From NCBI GenBank assembly GCA_963755125.1, contig CAVWIP010000008.1, positions 416,001-480,000 on the forward strand: a stretch of DNA of 64,000 bases, in the 5' to 3' direction. Numbering within the stretch: position 1 is the first letter of the stretch; every line of letters begins with the position of its first letter. Both the position numbers and the translations under genes were made by a program. Below the pieces are notes generated by a model, which ran no database searches, was not told where the DNA came from, and was given only the letters and a program-made list of their open reading frames with translations. This document shows positions 1-9,960 of this stretch, one piece after another. Source of the DNA: an uncultured delta proteobacterium (GTDB taxonomy: Bacteria > Myxococcota_A > Polyangia > Fen-1088).

Positions 1-712
1 GGTACAGATGGCGTCGCTGGAAATCCGCGACGACGGCATCGACGAGACGGTCTTTGCGCTGCGGGACCAGGCCGTGTCCGGCCGCGACCGGGTTCCCGAC
101 CTGTTGGGTTACCTGCAGCGGGCCACCGAGGTGACACGCAAAACCCTGGCGCGCATCCTCATCGACTCCGGGCGCATCGACGAGGCGCTGGTCAATCCAC
201 AGGAGTTTCTCGACCAGGCCGCCCGGTGCATCAACGCCGCCAAGAATGAGCTGATCCTCGACGGCATCCAGTACCACAAGATGGAAGAGACCGACGCCTT
301 CTGGGAGATGGAGCGGTTCGAGTTCAAGGACGGCCACGAGGAGACGCCCGAGACGTACGTGACTCGGCTTGTTTACACCGACAAGTCCGTGTACGACGCG
401 GTGGAGGTCGAGTCCAACGTGGAACGCGAGTTCGCCGAGGCTCTGCAAGGCCGGCGAGACATCAAGTTCTTCCTCAAGCTGCCTCGCTGGTTCCAAATAA
501 GCACACCGCTCGGTCACTACACGCCCGACTGGGCCATCGTCCTGGACCGAGACGAGAAAGAGCGTGTGTACTTCGTGCGCGAGACCAAGGGTTCGACCGA
601 GGAAGGTGAGCTGCGTGGCGACGAGTTGGGCAAAATCCACTGTGGCAAGCGCCACTTCGACGTTCTCGGCGTCGACTTTGCCGTGGTCACGTCGGCTGAC
701 GAGGTGAGGTAG
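1..712 (+). CDS. res: Type III restriction enzyme Res subunit, C-terminal endonuclease region (partial, runs off the 5' window edge)
   Basis: Motifs VESNVEREFA, KLPRWFQISTPLGHYTPDWAI and YFVRETKGS are the PD-(D/E)xK-type C-terminus of type III Res; frame is open to the window edge. Confidence 0.85.
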   Translation, partial: VQMASLEIRDDGIDETVFALRDQAVSGRDRVPDLLGYLQRATEVTRKTLARILIDSGRIDEALVNPQEFLDQAARCINAAKNELILDGIQYHKMEETDAFWEMERFEFKDGHEETPETYVTRLVYTDKSVYDAVEVESNVEREFAEALQGRRDIKFFLKLPRWFQISTPLGHYTPDWAIVLDRDEKERVYFVRETKGSTEEGELRGDELGKIHCGKRHFDVLGVDFAVVTSADEVR

Positions 713-723
713 TCACCTCGGCC

Positions 724-1395
724 ATGTTGGTGACACGAGACCCGACAGCGGTTCTGCGCCAGCTTCTGGCCGGACGCGAGAAGGCTGGGTGGCAAGTCCA
801 GGACGTGGTCTACGTTCTGAAGACAGCGGCTCGCGAGATTTTACCCGCGAACAATCTGGCTGGTAAGTGTAAGCATCTGGAGTTGTTTGCTAACTGGGTG
901 GTTCACGACAGGATCGACCGGTCGCCCTTAGGGGCTGATGCACTCGTGAAGATTGCAGAAGCCCTGTCGAAGCAGGGGACAGGCGACCGTGACATCAAGT
1001 GGCTAGAGGAAGAAGTCAATGAGGCGTTGTCGTTCGGCAATCTACGCCTCGACCTGGTGGCGTTCTGCCGTCATTTCGACTTGCCCGACTCGACCTTCAT
1101 CGCGTGGGAAGCCTGGCAGCTATTCGCCCTGGCCCTGGCTTTTGAAGTGTCGGGGCGAGAAATCAGCATCTCTGACAGGGTGAAGAATGCGCGTGCGGCC
1201 ATGGCCAACGTCCCCATGCTCGAAGAGCACCGGCCGACCGCGTTGCGCTTGGCCGTCGACCGGGAAATGCGAAAATGTTGGTGGCTGATCAAGCTTCCGG
1301 TGGCCGAGGTGCAGATGCAGGTCCTCTTCGGCGGCTTTCGAATGTCGGACTTCCCCACGCCCGTCGGATGGCGTTCACCGCTGCCGCATTCGTGA
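724..1395 (+). CDS. Hypothetical protein (223 aa) in defence cluster
   Basis: ATG 11 bp after the res stop, same strand; no recognisable motif. Confidence 0.65.
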   Translation: MLVTRDPTAVLRQLLAGREKAGWQVQDVVYVLKTAAREILPANNLAGKCKHLELFANWVVHDRIDRSPLGADALVKIAEALSKQGTGDRDIKWLEEEVNEALSFGNLRLDLVAFCRHFDLPDSTFIAWEAWQLFALALAFEVSGREISISDRVKNARAAMANVPMLEEHRPTALRLAVDREMRKCWWLIKLPVAEVQMQVLFGGFRMSDFPTPVGWRSPLPHS

Positions 1396-1427
1396 ATCCG
1401 CTGGCAGATACCCGACGACGTGAGGAT

Positions 1428-2519
1428 CTACTCCTCCGTCCCGCCAACGACCCACCCCAGCAGCCGGGACGCGATTTCGACCCACGGCGCGGTCAGATTC
1501 AGCGTGACAATTCGAACGTGATGGCCTTGGAGGTGGAAGGGAACGTCCAATTCCAAGTCGGTCGTCGGGTAGATCAACATCCCCCGTGCCGTCCGGTAGG
1601 AATCCCCACGGCCCTCCTGCGTCCGGAGGTACGCATAGAGCTGATAGAGGTTTGCCGAGTGGAACTTGGCTTGACCGAACCGGTTTATCCCCAACGCCGA
1701 CCCGTAGAACTTCGTGTCAATGACGGTTCGTTGGTGTGGCGGTCGCCGGTCGCTGATGGTGATGTCAGTCACCATGCCGGGCATATGGTCGGTGGCCTCG
1801 GCGGTGGGCCAGCCCAGAGCTTCGCTTCGGACGTCATGTCCGTCCAGGTGGTACCGATAGAAGTTGCGAACGAATGCCTCGAACAGCTCGTTCATCTTCA
1901 TCTCGTCGCGGACCAGGGCAGTCAGGAAGGCATCACCCTCAGTCTCGCTGGGCATCTGCATCTCGTAGATCAGCTCGCAGATTTTCAAGGGGAGGCGATA
2001 CGCAAGCTCGCTTCGACCGAGCTGCAGCTGCGCGAAGTCAGCTCCGCTCACCTTGATGATGGTGACACCTTCCATTGCCTGGACGGCAGCATCCAGGTCG
2101 TGCCGGAGCTGCCCGACACGCGAGTTGTCTGCTCCAGGCGCAAGGCGCGGGTCGCGGACCAGCGCCTTCATGCTCGATCGCACGATTCTGTTCTTCAGCG
2201 TGTCCACCGACAGCTCCGGAAATCGGCACACAGCACGCCCGGCATCGAACGCCCGACGGCGCAAGCTGGCTCCGAAATCAAGCCGTCCCCGGATGCCTTG
2301 AATCTCAGCCGTGGTCTGTCGGTGCGCTCGCCCAAGTTGCTGTCGAAGAAGCTGTTGGGTGCTCTCTACAAGCACCCAGGCCAACAAGCCGAGCAAGTTT
2401 GGCGCATCCTCGGCTTTGACCCGAGCAGCGCCTCGCCAGTGCGCCATGTCCCATGCGTACAGCAGCATGAGCCACGCGTTGCGTATCGGTATCCGGCTCG
2501 GCGTCAACCCGGTGGGCAT
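1428..2519 (-). CDS. mcrC: McrC-family modification-dependent restriction nuclease subunit
   Basis: IPIRNAWLMLLYAWD N-terminus, LFEAFVRNFY, TDI...IDTKFY, NLYQLYAYL; lies just downstream of an McrB C-terminus. Confidence 0.9.
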   Translation of the reverse strand: MPTGLTPSRIPIRNAWLMLLYAWDMAHWRGAARVKAEDAPNLLGLLAWVLVESTQQLLRQQLGRAHRQTTAEIQGIRGRLDFGASLRRRAFDAGRAVCRFPELSVDTLKNRIVRSSMKALVRDPRLAPGADNSRVGQLRHDLDAAVQAMEGVTIIKVSGADFAQLQLGRSELAYRLPLKICELIYEMQMPSETEGDAFLTALVRDEMKMNELFEAFVRNFYRYHLDGHDVRSEALGWPTAEATDHMPGMVTDITISDRRPPHQRTVIDTKFYGSALGINRFGQAKFHSANLYQLYAYLRTQEGRGDSYRTARGMLIYPTTDLELDVPFHLQGHHVRIVTLNLTAPWVEIASRLLGWVVGGTEE

Positions 2520-2530
2520 AGCCAGGCTCG

Positions 2531-2780
2531 CTAGGGCGCAAGCAACTCATCCCGTGCGCGTGCGACCTTCTCTCGGTTGTCGTACCAGTACTCTTCCAGC
2601 AGGGGCACGATTTCTGTCTTGACGATGGCTTCGTACCAATCCTGCTTCAGTTGGGAGGCATCGTCGTGGGGCGGGCAAAAAAAGCTGTGCCCAACCTGGA
2701 AGGCGGGACCGAGCTGAGAGTCCTTTTCGATCTGTTCGTTCAGTGCGCACATTCGGCGCACGAGGTGGTCGCGGAGTGTG
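2531..2780 (-). pseudogene. mcrB: McrB C-terminal remnant (GTPase core missing)
   Basis: LNEQIEKDSQLGPAFQVGHSFFC...EIVPLLEEYW matches the McrB C-terminus; upstream in-frame sequence has no Walker A/B or NxxD motif. Confidence 0.8.
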
Positions 2781-3014
2781 TCGGAGAATGACCCAAGCGG
2801 GGATACGGAGATCTGCTGGGAACTTCTTACAGATCTCGCCAAGAACAAGGTCGAGACAATCTCAATCAGTGAGGAGCTTGAGGTACACATCCTACACCGT
2901 CCAGACAAGGAGGTTTGTCGTTGGAAACCCGCTGGGGAGGTCATCTCTCGAGCGACGTTCCGGTACACCTCACGGACCTGGAAACCCCTGGCGAAAGTGA
3001 GGAACAAAGAGTAG
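2778..3014 (+). CDS. Small hypothetical ORF or 3' gene fragment at the mcrB breakpoint
   Basis: 78-aa protein-like ORF beginning at the mcrB junction. Confidence 0.35.
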   Translation: MSENDPSGDTEICWELLTDLAKNKVETISISEELEVHILHRPDKEVCRWKPAGEVISRATFRYTSRTWKPLAKVRNKE

Positions 3015-3234
3015 CTGGATGAGAGCCCCTCGGCGGTTGAGTGCACCGGTGCAGAGCACGGCCTGCAAGAATAGCCCTGGCCCGGCCATCGTATGGGGAA
3101 TGTCCGGGATGGGCAACCAGATCGAGATGGCAGGGAATGATGCAGTCTCTGATCACGCGATGATGGCAGCCCTGCCGAATTGTTCGGAATTCCAGGGCAG
3201 TCGAATCCAGGCAGGGTCGGCTGCGGGCACCTCT

Positions 3235-4161
3235 TCAGATCGAGATTTCCCGGACGTTGACCTTCTGGAAATCTGCACGCCCGATTCCAACCGCGGCGGC
3301 CTTGGCGAGCATCACCACCTCTTGCGGCTTGCGGCTGTGCAGGGTCACGCAGTACGCGTCGACGGCGACCGGATCTGTGCCGGCCACGATCTTCTGCAGC
3401 TTCAGCAAGTCGCCGGGGCCCGCAGGGCCATTGCTTCCCAGGACGACCGTGGCGTCAACCACGCACAGGTTCTGCCTGCGCAGCGTGTTCAGATCGGCGA
3501 TGCACTGTGAGAGGAAGTCCACATCCTCGTATCCGGTCTTGCCGGAGCCGTTGTGGAAAAACGCGTTTGTCTCGTGATCGAGGCCGCCCATCATGTTCTT
3601 GAGATTGCCACTCAACAGGGTTCCGACATGGTGCTTGGCGATGGGGATGTTCACCAGGACGTCCACGTCGAGCAGCTCGGGCCGGACCTTCCCCGACTTG
3701 AGTTGGACGCCTCTGGGGATCTTCGTCTCCACCGTCTTTCCCGAGCACTCCTTGATCGACTTGATAAGCTTGGCGTGAGTCTCGCAGAGCGGCGAGCCGG
3801 TCCAAAACTTGGGCGCAAGCACCGGCAGGGTGACGATTTCCTTGGCTCCGGCGTCGAGGCACATCTTGGCGACGGCGAGTGCAATTTCCATCCTGGTGTG
3901 GCTTCCCTCGAGCTTCCAGTGCGGTGGGGCATTGATGAGCAGGCCCACGCGGGTGCCCTTGACGTCAAATAGCTTCATTCCGCCGAGCGCCTCCAGCGCC
4001 TTAATCGTGCTGGCGAAGGCGTCTGTGCCCTTGACCGCGACGATGTCGGGCCTGGCCGCAGCAGCCGCGAGGGCGCGCCCGATTCCCGTGGACTCCACCA
4101 CGCCGACCGCGCCGATGGCGAGGCCAGCCTTGATGAACACGCGGCGATCCGTTTTGTGCAT
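3235..4161 (-). CDS. DUF362 domain protein with Tat signal peptide
   Basis: AGGAGAGG RBS; MHKTDRRVFIK twin-arginine motif; VNIPIAKHH...LKNMMG and DPVAVDAY motifs. Confidence 0.85.
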   Translation of the reverse strand: MHKTDRRVFIKAGLAIGAVGVVESTGIGRALAAAAARPDIVAVKGTDAFASTIKALEALGGMKLFDVKGTRVGLLINAPPHWKLEGSHTRMEIALAVAKMCLDAGAKEIVTLPVLAPKFWTGSPLCETHAKLIKSIKECSGKTVETKIPRGVQLKSGKVRPELLDVDVLVNIPIAKHHVGTLLSGNLKNMMGGLDHETNAFFHNGSGKTGYEDVDFLSQCIADLNTLRRQNLCVVDATVVLGSNGPAGPGDLLKLQKIVAGTDPVAVDAYCVTLHSRKPQEVVMLAKAAAVGIGRADFQKVNVREISI

Positions 4162-4645
4162 GTCGCCTCTCCTGTCGGTTTGCGGACAAGAAAGCGTAGC
4201 GGGTCCCGAAGCGGCTGCAAATGGTTTCACGGTCGCATCCACGACGAGCAAGAAGCTGGGTTGGCCGCGTGGAATAGGCCGGTGGGCTCGTCCCTGCTGG
4301 GACCGGATGCTGACAAGATCATGGGCCTGGGCAGGTGCGCACCGGAGAAGAGCAACACCATTTCCACGCCGCCACAGATCTAATGATGGACGGCTAGCCA
4401 GTTAGCTATCGCGTTGCAAATTGCTGCCGGGTCCATGAACCTGGGGCATGCACACTGGGGGTCCCATATCTAATGATCTGCCAGTACGGCTTCTCGGCGC
4501 GTTTCCGCCATGAGCAAACATGCGTCTTGAGCCTTCTTCCTGCTGCCGATCTCCCGTTTACAGTGCAACGTCTTGAAATAATTGGCACATCCGGAAGCGC
4601 TGTAAACGGTTTTTGTGTCTAACTATGCTAAATTATTACGTTTCA

Positions 4646-4703
4646 ACTAGCTTGAGGTGCTAGCGGTTAACAGCCATGGGGGTTCAAGTCCCCCTCCTCG
4701 CAC
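4646..4703 (+). pseudogene. 3' fragment of tRNA-Leu(GAG); probable att-site duplication
   Basis: CTAGC-TTGAGGT-GCTAG anticodon arm, long variable arm, GGGGGTTCAAGTCCCCC T-arm, acceptor 3' strand; upstream AT-rich sequence cannot supply a D-arm or 5' acceptor strand. Confidence 0.85.
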
Positions 4704-4708
4704 TGCGG

Positions 4709-4734
4709 AACCCCTTGGAAGTAATGGGGTTTTT
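4709..4734 (+). terminator. Possible intrinsic terminator after the tRNA fragment
   Basis: AACCCC-N11-GGGGTT followed by a T run. Confidence 0.4.
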
Positions 4735-4773
4735 GATGTCAGGCCCCAGCGGGCCTAGGCTGCCTTGGTGCCG

Positions 4774-4805
4774 CGTCCAAAAGTTTTGGACGGTTTTTTG
4801 GACGG
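4774..4805. repeat. Three copies of TTTTGGACG (one inverted); possible integrase arm-type sites
   Basis: CGTCCAAAA-G-TTTTGGACG palindrome followed by TTTTGGACGG, about 70 bp from the tRNA fragment. Confidence 0.55.
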
Positions 4806-4823
4806 ATTCTTGGGCTCAAGCAG

Positions 4824-6058
4824 CCGTGGTGGCTACCTTGTTCGTCCGTCGAGAACTTCATTGATTACGCGGCCCTCCGGTAGTCAGCATGCAGACCGCC
4901 GAGCACAGATCTGATGACAATCGGCTTGCTCAGGTCGTGATGCCGAATGCCAGACGGCACGCGCTGCCCGATCCCCTGATGGGGTCGAGCCTCATTGAAG
5001 TAGACCTTGTACTCGCGAACCAGCGAATCCAGGTGCCGGTCGCCGAGCAGGATGACGTGGTCGAGCAGCTCACGCCTGCCACTGCCCACAAATCTCTCCG
5101 CGATCGCGTTCATGTTGGGGGCTCGCACTGCGATCTTGATCACCTTCGTCCCACCGCCCTTCGCCACATGGTCGAACGCGGAGCCGAACTTGTCGTCACG
5201 GTCGCGCAGGAGGAAACGCGGAGCATCGCCGTCCATGGTCGCATTCCGCAGTTGTTGTGCCGTCCACTCCTGCGTGGGATTCCGGCTGGCGGCAACGTGG
5301 ACCACTCGTCTCGACGCGAGGTGGACGATGAAGAATGCGTACACTTGGCGGAAGAAGATGTCGTAGGTCTGCACGAAGTCGCACGTCCAGATGTCCTCGG
5401 CATGATTTCTCAGGAACGTCGCCCAGGTCTGTCCACCTCCCCTGCTGCGGACCCCGCGCATGTACTTCTGGATCGTGCGCTTGCACACCTTGATACCGAG
5501 CTTGAGCAACTCTCCTTGGATGCGCTCGGCTCCCCAGAGACGGACTCGGCGGGCCATGTCGCGAATCAAGTCGATGGTTTCCTTCGCCAGCGGTGATCCT
5601 CGTCGCGGACGAGATCGGAGCCGCCAGAAGAGGCGGAAACCGGCTCGGTGCCAGCGGAGAAGGGTATCTGGCTGCACGATGGCAATGGCCTGGCGCCACG
5701 CCGGGAGCAACGAGGCGCCCAGGAGGAGTTTGAGCCTGTCGGTCACCCCGAGCCTGGGACGCTTCTTGCCTCGACGAAGGATGTTGATCTGGTGTCGCAG
5801 CACTGCGTTCTCGATGATCAGGTCACGTCGGGAGCGGCTCACGTCGACAGCCATGCCCATGATTTGGCTGCCGCAGGAGCGTGGGCGGAGACTATTCCAG
5901 ATCCGTTGGGCGGCGTGTCGAATCCAATCTGCGATTTGAGAGAGGAGGAGTGACGCCATTTTCCTCTTCAACCACGAAAAAAATATGACCAGTCGAGCTG
6001 CCCGTTGTCCCGGATTTCAGCTATCATCTCGCGCGGATGCGATCTGTAGCCACCACGG
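4824..6058 (-). mobile_element. Complete IS with integrase-core DDE transposase (IS3/IS481-related), about 1.24 kb
   Basis: Perfect 13-bp terminal IR CCGTGGTGGCTAC (4824-4836 and 6046-6058), extending to about 25 bp imperfectly; no obvious target duplication. Confidence 0.8.
4865..5971 (-). CDS. Integrase-core (rve) DDE transposase
   Basis: WGAERIQGELLKLG HTH, CDF, LLRDRDDKF, NAIAERFVGS, NEARPHQG, C-terminal LGGLHADYRRAA; start codon uncertain. Confidence 0.9.
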   Translation of the reverse strand: MKRKMASLLLSQIADWIRHAAQRIWNSLRPRSCGSQIMGMAVDVSRSRRDLIIENAVLRHQINILRRGKKRPRLGVTDRLKLLLGASLLPAWRQAIAIVQPDTLLRWHRAGFRLFWRLRSRPRRGSPLAKETIDLIRDMARRVRLWGAERIQGELLKLGIKVCKRTIQKYMRGVRSRGGGQTWATFLRNHAEDIWTCDFVQTYDIFFRQVYAFFIVHLASRRVVHVAASRNPTQEWTAQQLRNATMDGDAPRFLLRDRDDKFGSAFDHVAKGGGTKVIKIAVRAPNMNAIAERFVGSGRRELLDHVILLGDRHLDSLVREYKVYFNEARPHQGIGQRVPSGIRHHDLSKPIVIRSVLGGLHADYRRAA

Positions 6059-6190
6059 GTAGACCTGCCGGCGCAACTGGCAGCGGCCCGGAGCAAGGCG
6101 CGGGAAGAGCGTCTTACAGCGAACCGGGCCATGTCCTGCAACCAATGCATCGGTCAGCAAGCCAGCCTTCCCGAATCGCTAATTCCTCCA

Positions 6191-6247
6191 TGATTTCAGC
6201 GCTGACGCTGTTGCGTACGCTTTTCTACGCAAGGTCTTCGCACACAG
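6191..6247 (-). repeat. 57-bp degenerate site, copy S1
   Basis: CTGTGTGCGAAGACCTT...GTACGCA...GAAATCA aligns without gaps to S2, S3, S5 and S6. Confidence 0.7.
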
Positions 6248-6258
6248 ATGGGCTTGGA

Positions 6259-6939
6259 TTATGGAGTACACACTCCGGCTGTGCAGGTCGATGTCGTGGA
6301 ACTGGCCGCGGCATAGCTGCTGGTGTCACAGCTGGAATTGAGAATGACCGGCTGCCCACCCGTGCAGGTAATTGTGACGGCATTGGTTGTGCTGTCCACC
6401 GTGCCGGTTCCGATGGTGCTGCCCGAGGCGTTCTTGAACGTCATTGTAATCGGACCACCGCTTCCTGCGGCTGAGATCCCGGCGACGTCGACCGAGTAGC
6501 AGGTCGAGTTACCTTTCTCGTAGGTCAAGGTCACCGTCACCGAGCCCGTCGTTGTGTTGACGTTGACGGATTCGATCTCCTTGACCCCATTCGAGTAGCA
6601 GGTGTTGGTCGCGAAGGTGGTCGTATCCGTCTGAGACACGCAACTCCCCGATGGCACACAAGTCGTGGCCAGGCTAGCTAGGCAGCTCGGGTAGTTACAG
6701 CTTCCCGCACTTCCACCGATGCCTCCTGCCCCGCTGCCGCCGCCGGCCACACCGCCACCTCCCGCGCCTCCGGTACCCGCGATGGGGCCGGCCATGGTAG
6801 TACCGCCTCCACCTCCCGCACCGGCGACCGGGCCTTGCTGCGCGCCCCCGCCACCATCGGTGCTAGCGGTGCTGTTGCCGCCGCAGCCTACTGTCAGTGC
6901 CAATATCTCAAATGCCAAGAATATTCCTAATGTACGCAT
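6259..6939 (-). CDS. Gly/Thr-rich, Cys-containing lipoprotein
   Basis: AGGAG RBS, signal peptide with TVGC lipobox, Gly-rich linker. Confidence 0.8.
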   Translation of the reverse strand: MRTLGIFLAFEILALTVGCGGNSTASTDGGGGAQQGPVAGAGGGGGTTMAGPIAGTGGAGGGGVAGGGSGAGGIGGSAGSCNYPSCLASLATTCVPSGSCVSQTDTTTFATNTCYSNGVKEIESVNVNTTTGSVTVTLTYEKGNSTCYSVDVAGISAAGSGGPITMTFKNASGSTIGTGTVDSTTNAVTITCTGGQPVILNSSCDTSSYAAASSTTSTCTAGVCTP

Positions 6940-7123
6940 GTCGTCTCCTTCGCAATCAGGTACCTACACAGCCGGCCTCTCGCCCTCCCGGAGGCACTGT
7001 ACGGATCAACTCTCGACCGACCAGCCACTTCATCCTCGCACGACAGGTCCGACGCTGAAGGAGCCGGCATTGGCCCGCTCCTCGCGACCGCCATGGCTCA
7101 TAGTCCACTCCGTCCATGCGCCT

Positions 7124-7423
7124 TCACGCCCGCAGAATCCGATCCAGGCGCAGAAGTTTGAAGATCGCCAACGGTTGATCACACAAGCCGCAAACGTTCA
7201 CCACGCCGCCGTATTCCTTGGCCTTCTTGTACAGGAACACCAACCCGCCCACGCCCATGCCGTCGATGAGACGCAAGCCCGACAGATCGACGACGATGCG
7301 CGATTGCCGTTCAGCGACCAGAGCGTCGACGGACGGGCGAAAATCCGGCATGGTGAGCGCGTCCAACTCGCCCACGATCCGAAGCGTAGCAACGCCACCC
7401 GCAATGCTCGTCGAGAAGTCCAT
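7124..7423 (-). CDS. STAS-domain anti-sigma-factor antagonist
   Basis: LRIVGELDA, VVDLSGLRLID, LLRLDRI; 99 aa. Confidence 0.85.
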   Translation of the reverse strand: MDFSTSIAGGVATLRIVGELDALTMPDFRPSVDALVAERQSRIVVDLSGLRLIDGMGVGGLVFLYKKAKEYGGVVNVCGLCDQPLAIFKLLRLDRILRA

Positions 7424-7982
7424 CTGTCTCTATCCTCTCTGACCTTAGATCCTGGCCCCTCTGGCTTCTGGAAATGTCGTGAAAGCCGTCATCATCAGGA
7501 AAGCAATGACTGTGCCGGCCGGAAGGTTGCCGATGTCTGGCCGCGCGTTGCCTGCCTTCCATGTTATTGGCCGAGATGATTGGCCACACGTAGTTGCCGG
7601 CGGCGTGACGATGTCCCCGTTCGGTGCCGCGCACCCGACGAGAGATTACCACCCCGTAACAGCACTTCGTGCCTGTGCGATGAGTCCCGACACTTTCACT
7701 CTTTTACGGTGGCGCGGAATTTGCGTCGACTGGGGACGAATTGGGAGTCCCCATGCCTCCTCCTCTCCGGCTGATGCGTTTGCGCCTCCGCCCTCACGCC
7801 AGCAGAACCCGATCCCACCGTGTACCAAGAAGCGATCCGTGAACTACTGAGGCGTGGCGAAGACTACTTGCCACTTCTCGGTTCGAGGTCTATTCCTATG
7901 CTTGCTGCCACGCTGAGGCATCCTGAGCGACGTGCGCAGCTTCGAGCGGACTAAGGGACCATTCGATCAAGGAGGAGCGCAC

Positions 7983-8381
7983 ATGAAACGTGTCTTGGGG
8001 CTGTCGTTGGTTGTTATGGTCCTGACGTTCCTGGCAGCCTGCGATGAGGCCAGGCTCCGCATTGACCGGGTGGAGCCGGCCGAAGGCATCACAGCGGGCG
8101 GTGATCAGGTGAACATCCTCGGGGCCGGTCTGCAGCCGGGCAAGACAGGGGTCCGTGTTGCATTCGGCAGCCACGTGGCCGAGCAGGTCGTCATATCGTC
8201 CAAAGACAAGATCAACCTCGTCACTCCCAGCGGGGACAAGGGGCCGGTCGACGTGATCCTGGACTTCGACGATGGGCAGCGCTTCAAGATACCGGCGGGC
8301 TACCGCTACGTCGACCCGAAGGAGACCGAGGACCTGCGCAAGATGTTCTTCAACAAGCCGAGGGGTACTGAGAAGAAGTAG
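7983..8381 (+). CDS. IPT/TIG-domain lipoprotein
   Basis: GGAGGAG RBS, LAAC lipobox, IDRVEPAEGITAGGDQVNILG...V.FG...TP IPT/TIG pattern. Confidence 0.8.
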   Translation: MKRVLGLSLVVMVLTFLAACDEARLRIDRVEPAEGITAGGDQVNILGAGLQPGKTGVRVAFGSHVAEQVVISSKDKINLVTPSGDKGPVDVILDFDDGQRFKIPAGYRYVDPKETEDLRKMFFNKPRGTEKK

Positions 8382-8453
8382 CGGCTGAGCTACTGTGACG
8401 GGCTCACAGTCGGCATTCCTTGTCGTCAGGGATCGCAGTGGCCGTCTGAACCT

Positions 8454-8843
8454 ACGCCTGCCACTGCCCACAAATCTCTCCGCGATCTCGTTCATGTTGG
8501 GGGCTCGCACTGCGATCTTGATCACCTTCGTCCCGGCGCCCTTCGCCACACGGTCGAACGCGGAGCCGAACTTGTCGTCACGGTCGCGCAGGAGGAAACG
8601 CGGAGCATCGCCGTCCATGGTCGCATTCCGCAGTTGTTGTGCCGTCCACTCCTGCGTGGGATTCCGGGTGGCGGCAACGTGGACCACTCGTCTCGACGCG
8701 AGGTGGACGATGAAGAATGCGTACACTTGGCGGAAGAAGATGTCGTAGGTCTGCACAAAGTCACACGCCCAGATGTCCTCGGCATGATTTCTCAGAAACG
8801 TCGCCCACGTCTGTCCACGTCCCCTGCTGCGGACCCCGCGCAT
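8454..8843 (-). pseudogene. Internal fragment of the same transposase as 4865-5971
   Basis: Near-identical DNA to about 5072-5461. Confidence 0.9.
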
Positions 8844-9162
8844 AAGCCTGGCGCCATCCTTCGTCGCCCTCAGACCCAAGTGCGACTCCCTGGCCAGATA
8901 TGGTTGACTGCGCTGCCAAGATGTCCTCTTCGCTGCCGATCTTAAAGGGCGTATCTTCCAGTGCCGATTACGCCAACGCTGAGGACAGTCACCTTGCCGA
9001 TGCAGCTTATAACGCGATGGCAAGGCCGGAACCGGCTTGGTGTGTTGGTCCGTGGGCTAACCTAGAGTGGTGCGACCCCGATAAAATACGACCCGGAAGA
9101 ACGGTAGCGATGAAGACTGCTTTGCCACTCTTCTGAGCAAGATCAGCGCTTGTCGGTCGTGG

Positions 9163-9960
9163 TCAGCGATGGCCCCCACCGTGACCTCCGCCGTGCCCAC
9201 CACCCCCGCCGTGGAAACCGCCACCACCACCGCCGCGAAATCCGCCACCACCGCCGCGGAATCCAGCGTGGTAGCCGCCACCGCCGCCGCGATGGCCACC
9301 ACGGAAGCCGCTTCGATAGCCGGCCGCGCCGCCGCCGCGGAATCCAGCGTGGTAGCCGCCTGCACCGCGATAGCCAGCGCCCCAACCTGCTCCGCCGCGA
9401 AACCCACCACGGAACCCGCCGCCGTATCTACCGCGGTATCCGCCCCAACCGGAGCCAGCCCGATACAGGCCAGCGTACCAGCCAAAGCCCATAGGACCGC
9501 GGGGGCCGAAGTAAGGGTAGGCACCCCAGCCCCAAACCCACGGTGCCGCCAACCACATCCATCCGTGGCTGGGGTAGTACACATAGGAATAGGGGGATGC
9601 GTCGTTGGCCGTGCCTTCGTAGGTGTACTGGTTTCCGTAGGGCATCCAAATCCAGACGTACTGACTCGTGTAAACCCACTGGCCCCCACTTGCCGCCTGA
9701 ACTCCCCCCGCGGGCTGCTGCTGAACCTGAGGCTGCGGCTGGGCATGGGCTTGGGTTTGGACTGGTGGCGCCGGCGGCTGCTGCGGAGGCGGCGGAGGCT
9801 GCATATCAGGCGCCGGCGTGGGCGGTTGTGCCGCTTGGGGTGTGGCACCAGGGTTTGATATCTGGGTCGTCGAATCACCCACGGGGCTCATTTCCTGGGA
9901 TCGCGCAACGCCAAGTCCCAAGAGCAAGAGACAAAGGGAGACAGTCAGCGTGGTCTTCAT
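9163..9960 (-). CDS. Secreted protein with Pro/Gln linker, Trp/Tyr-rich domain and RGG/Gly-rich tail
   Basis: Signal peptide, AGGTGA RBS, WMPY...YVYYP..GW.W..APW.WGWG segment. Confidence 0.75.
   Translation of the reverse strand: MKTTLTVSLCLLLLGLGVARSQEMSPVGDSTTQISNPGATPQAAQPPTPAPDMQPPPPPQQPPAPPVQTQAHAQPQPQVQQQPAGGVQAASGGQWVYTSQYVWIWMPYGNQYTYEGTANDASPYSYVYYPSHGWMWLAAPWVWGWGAYPYFGPRGPMGFGWYAGLYRAGSGWGGYRGRYGGGFRGGFRGGAGWGAGYRGAGGYHAGFRGGGAAGYRSGFRGGHRGGGGGYHAGFRGGGGGFRGGGGGGFHGGGGGHGGGHGGGHR

Noticed and set aside
4620..4703. Functional tRNA-Leu gene
   Set aside because: No D-arm or 5' acceptor strand; only the 3' part is present
7896..9023. 375-aa transposase ORF
   Set aside because: Chance read-through of a 390-bp IS fragment into antisense IPT/TIG sequence
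9169..9450. Low-complexity tandem repeat as a separate element
   Set aside because: It is the RGG/Gly-rich coding tail of 9163-9960
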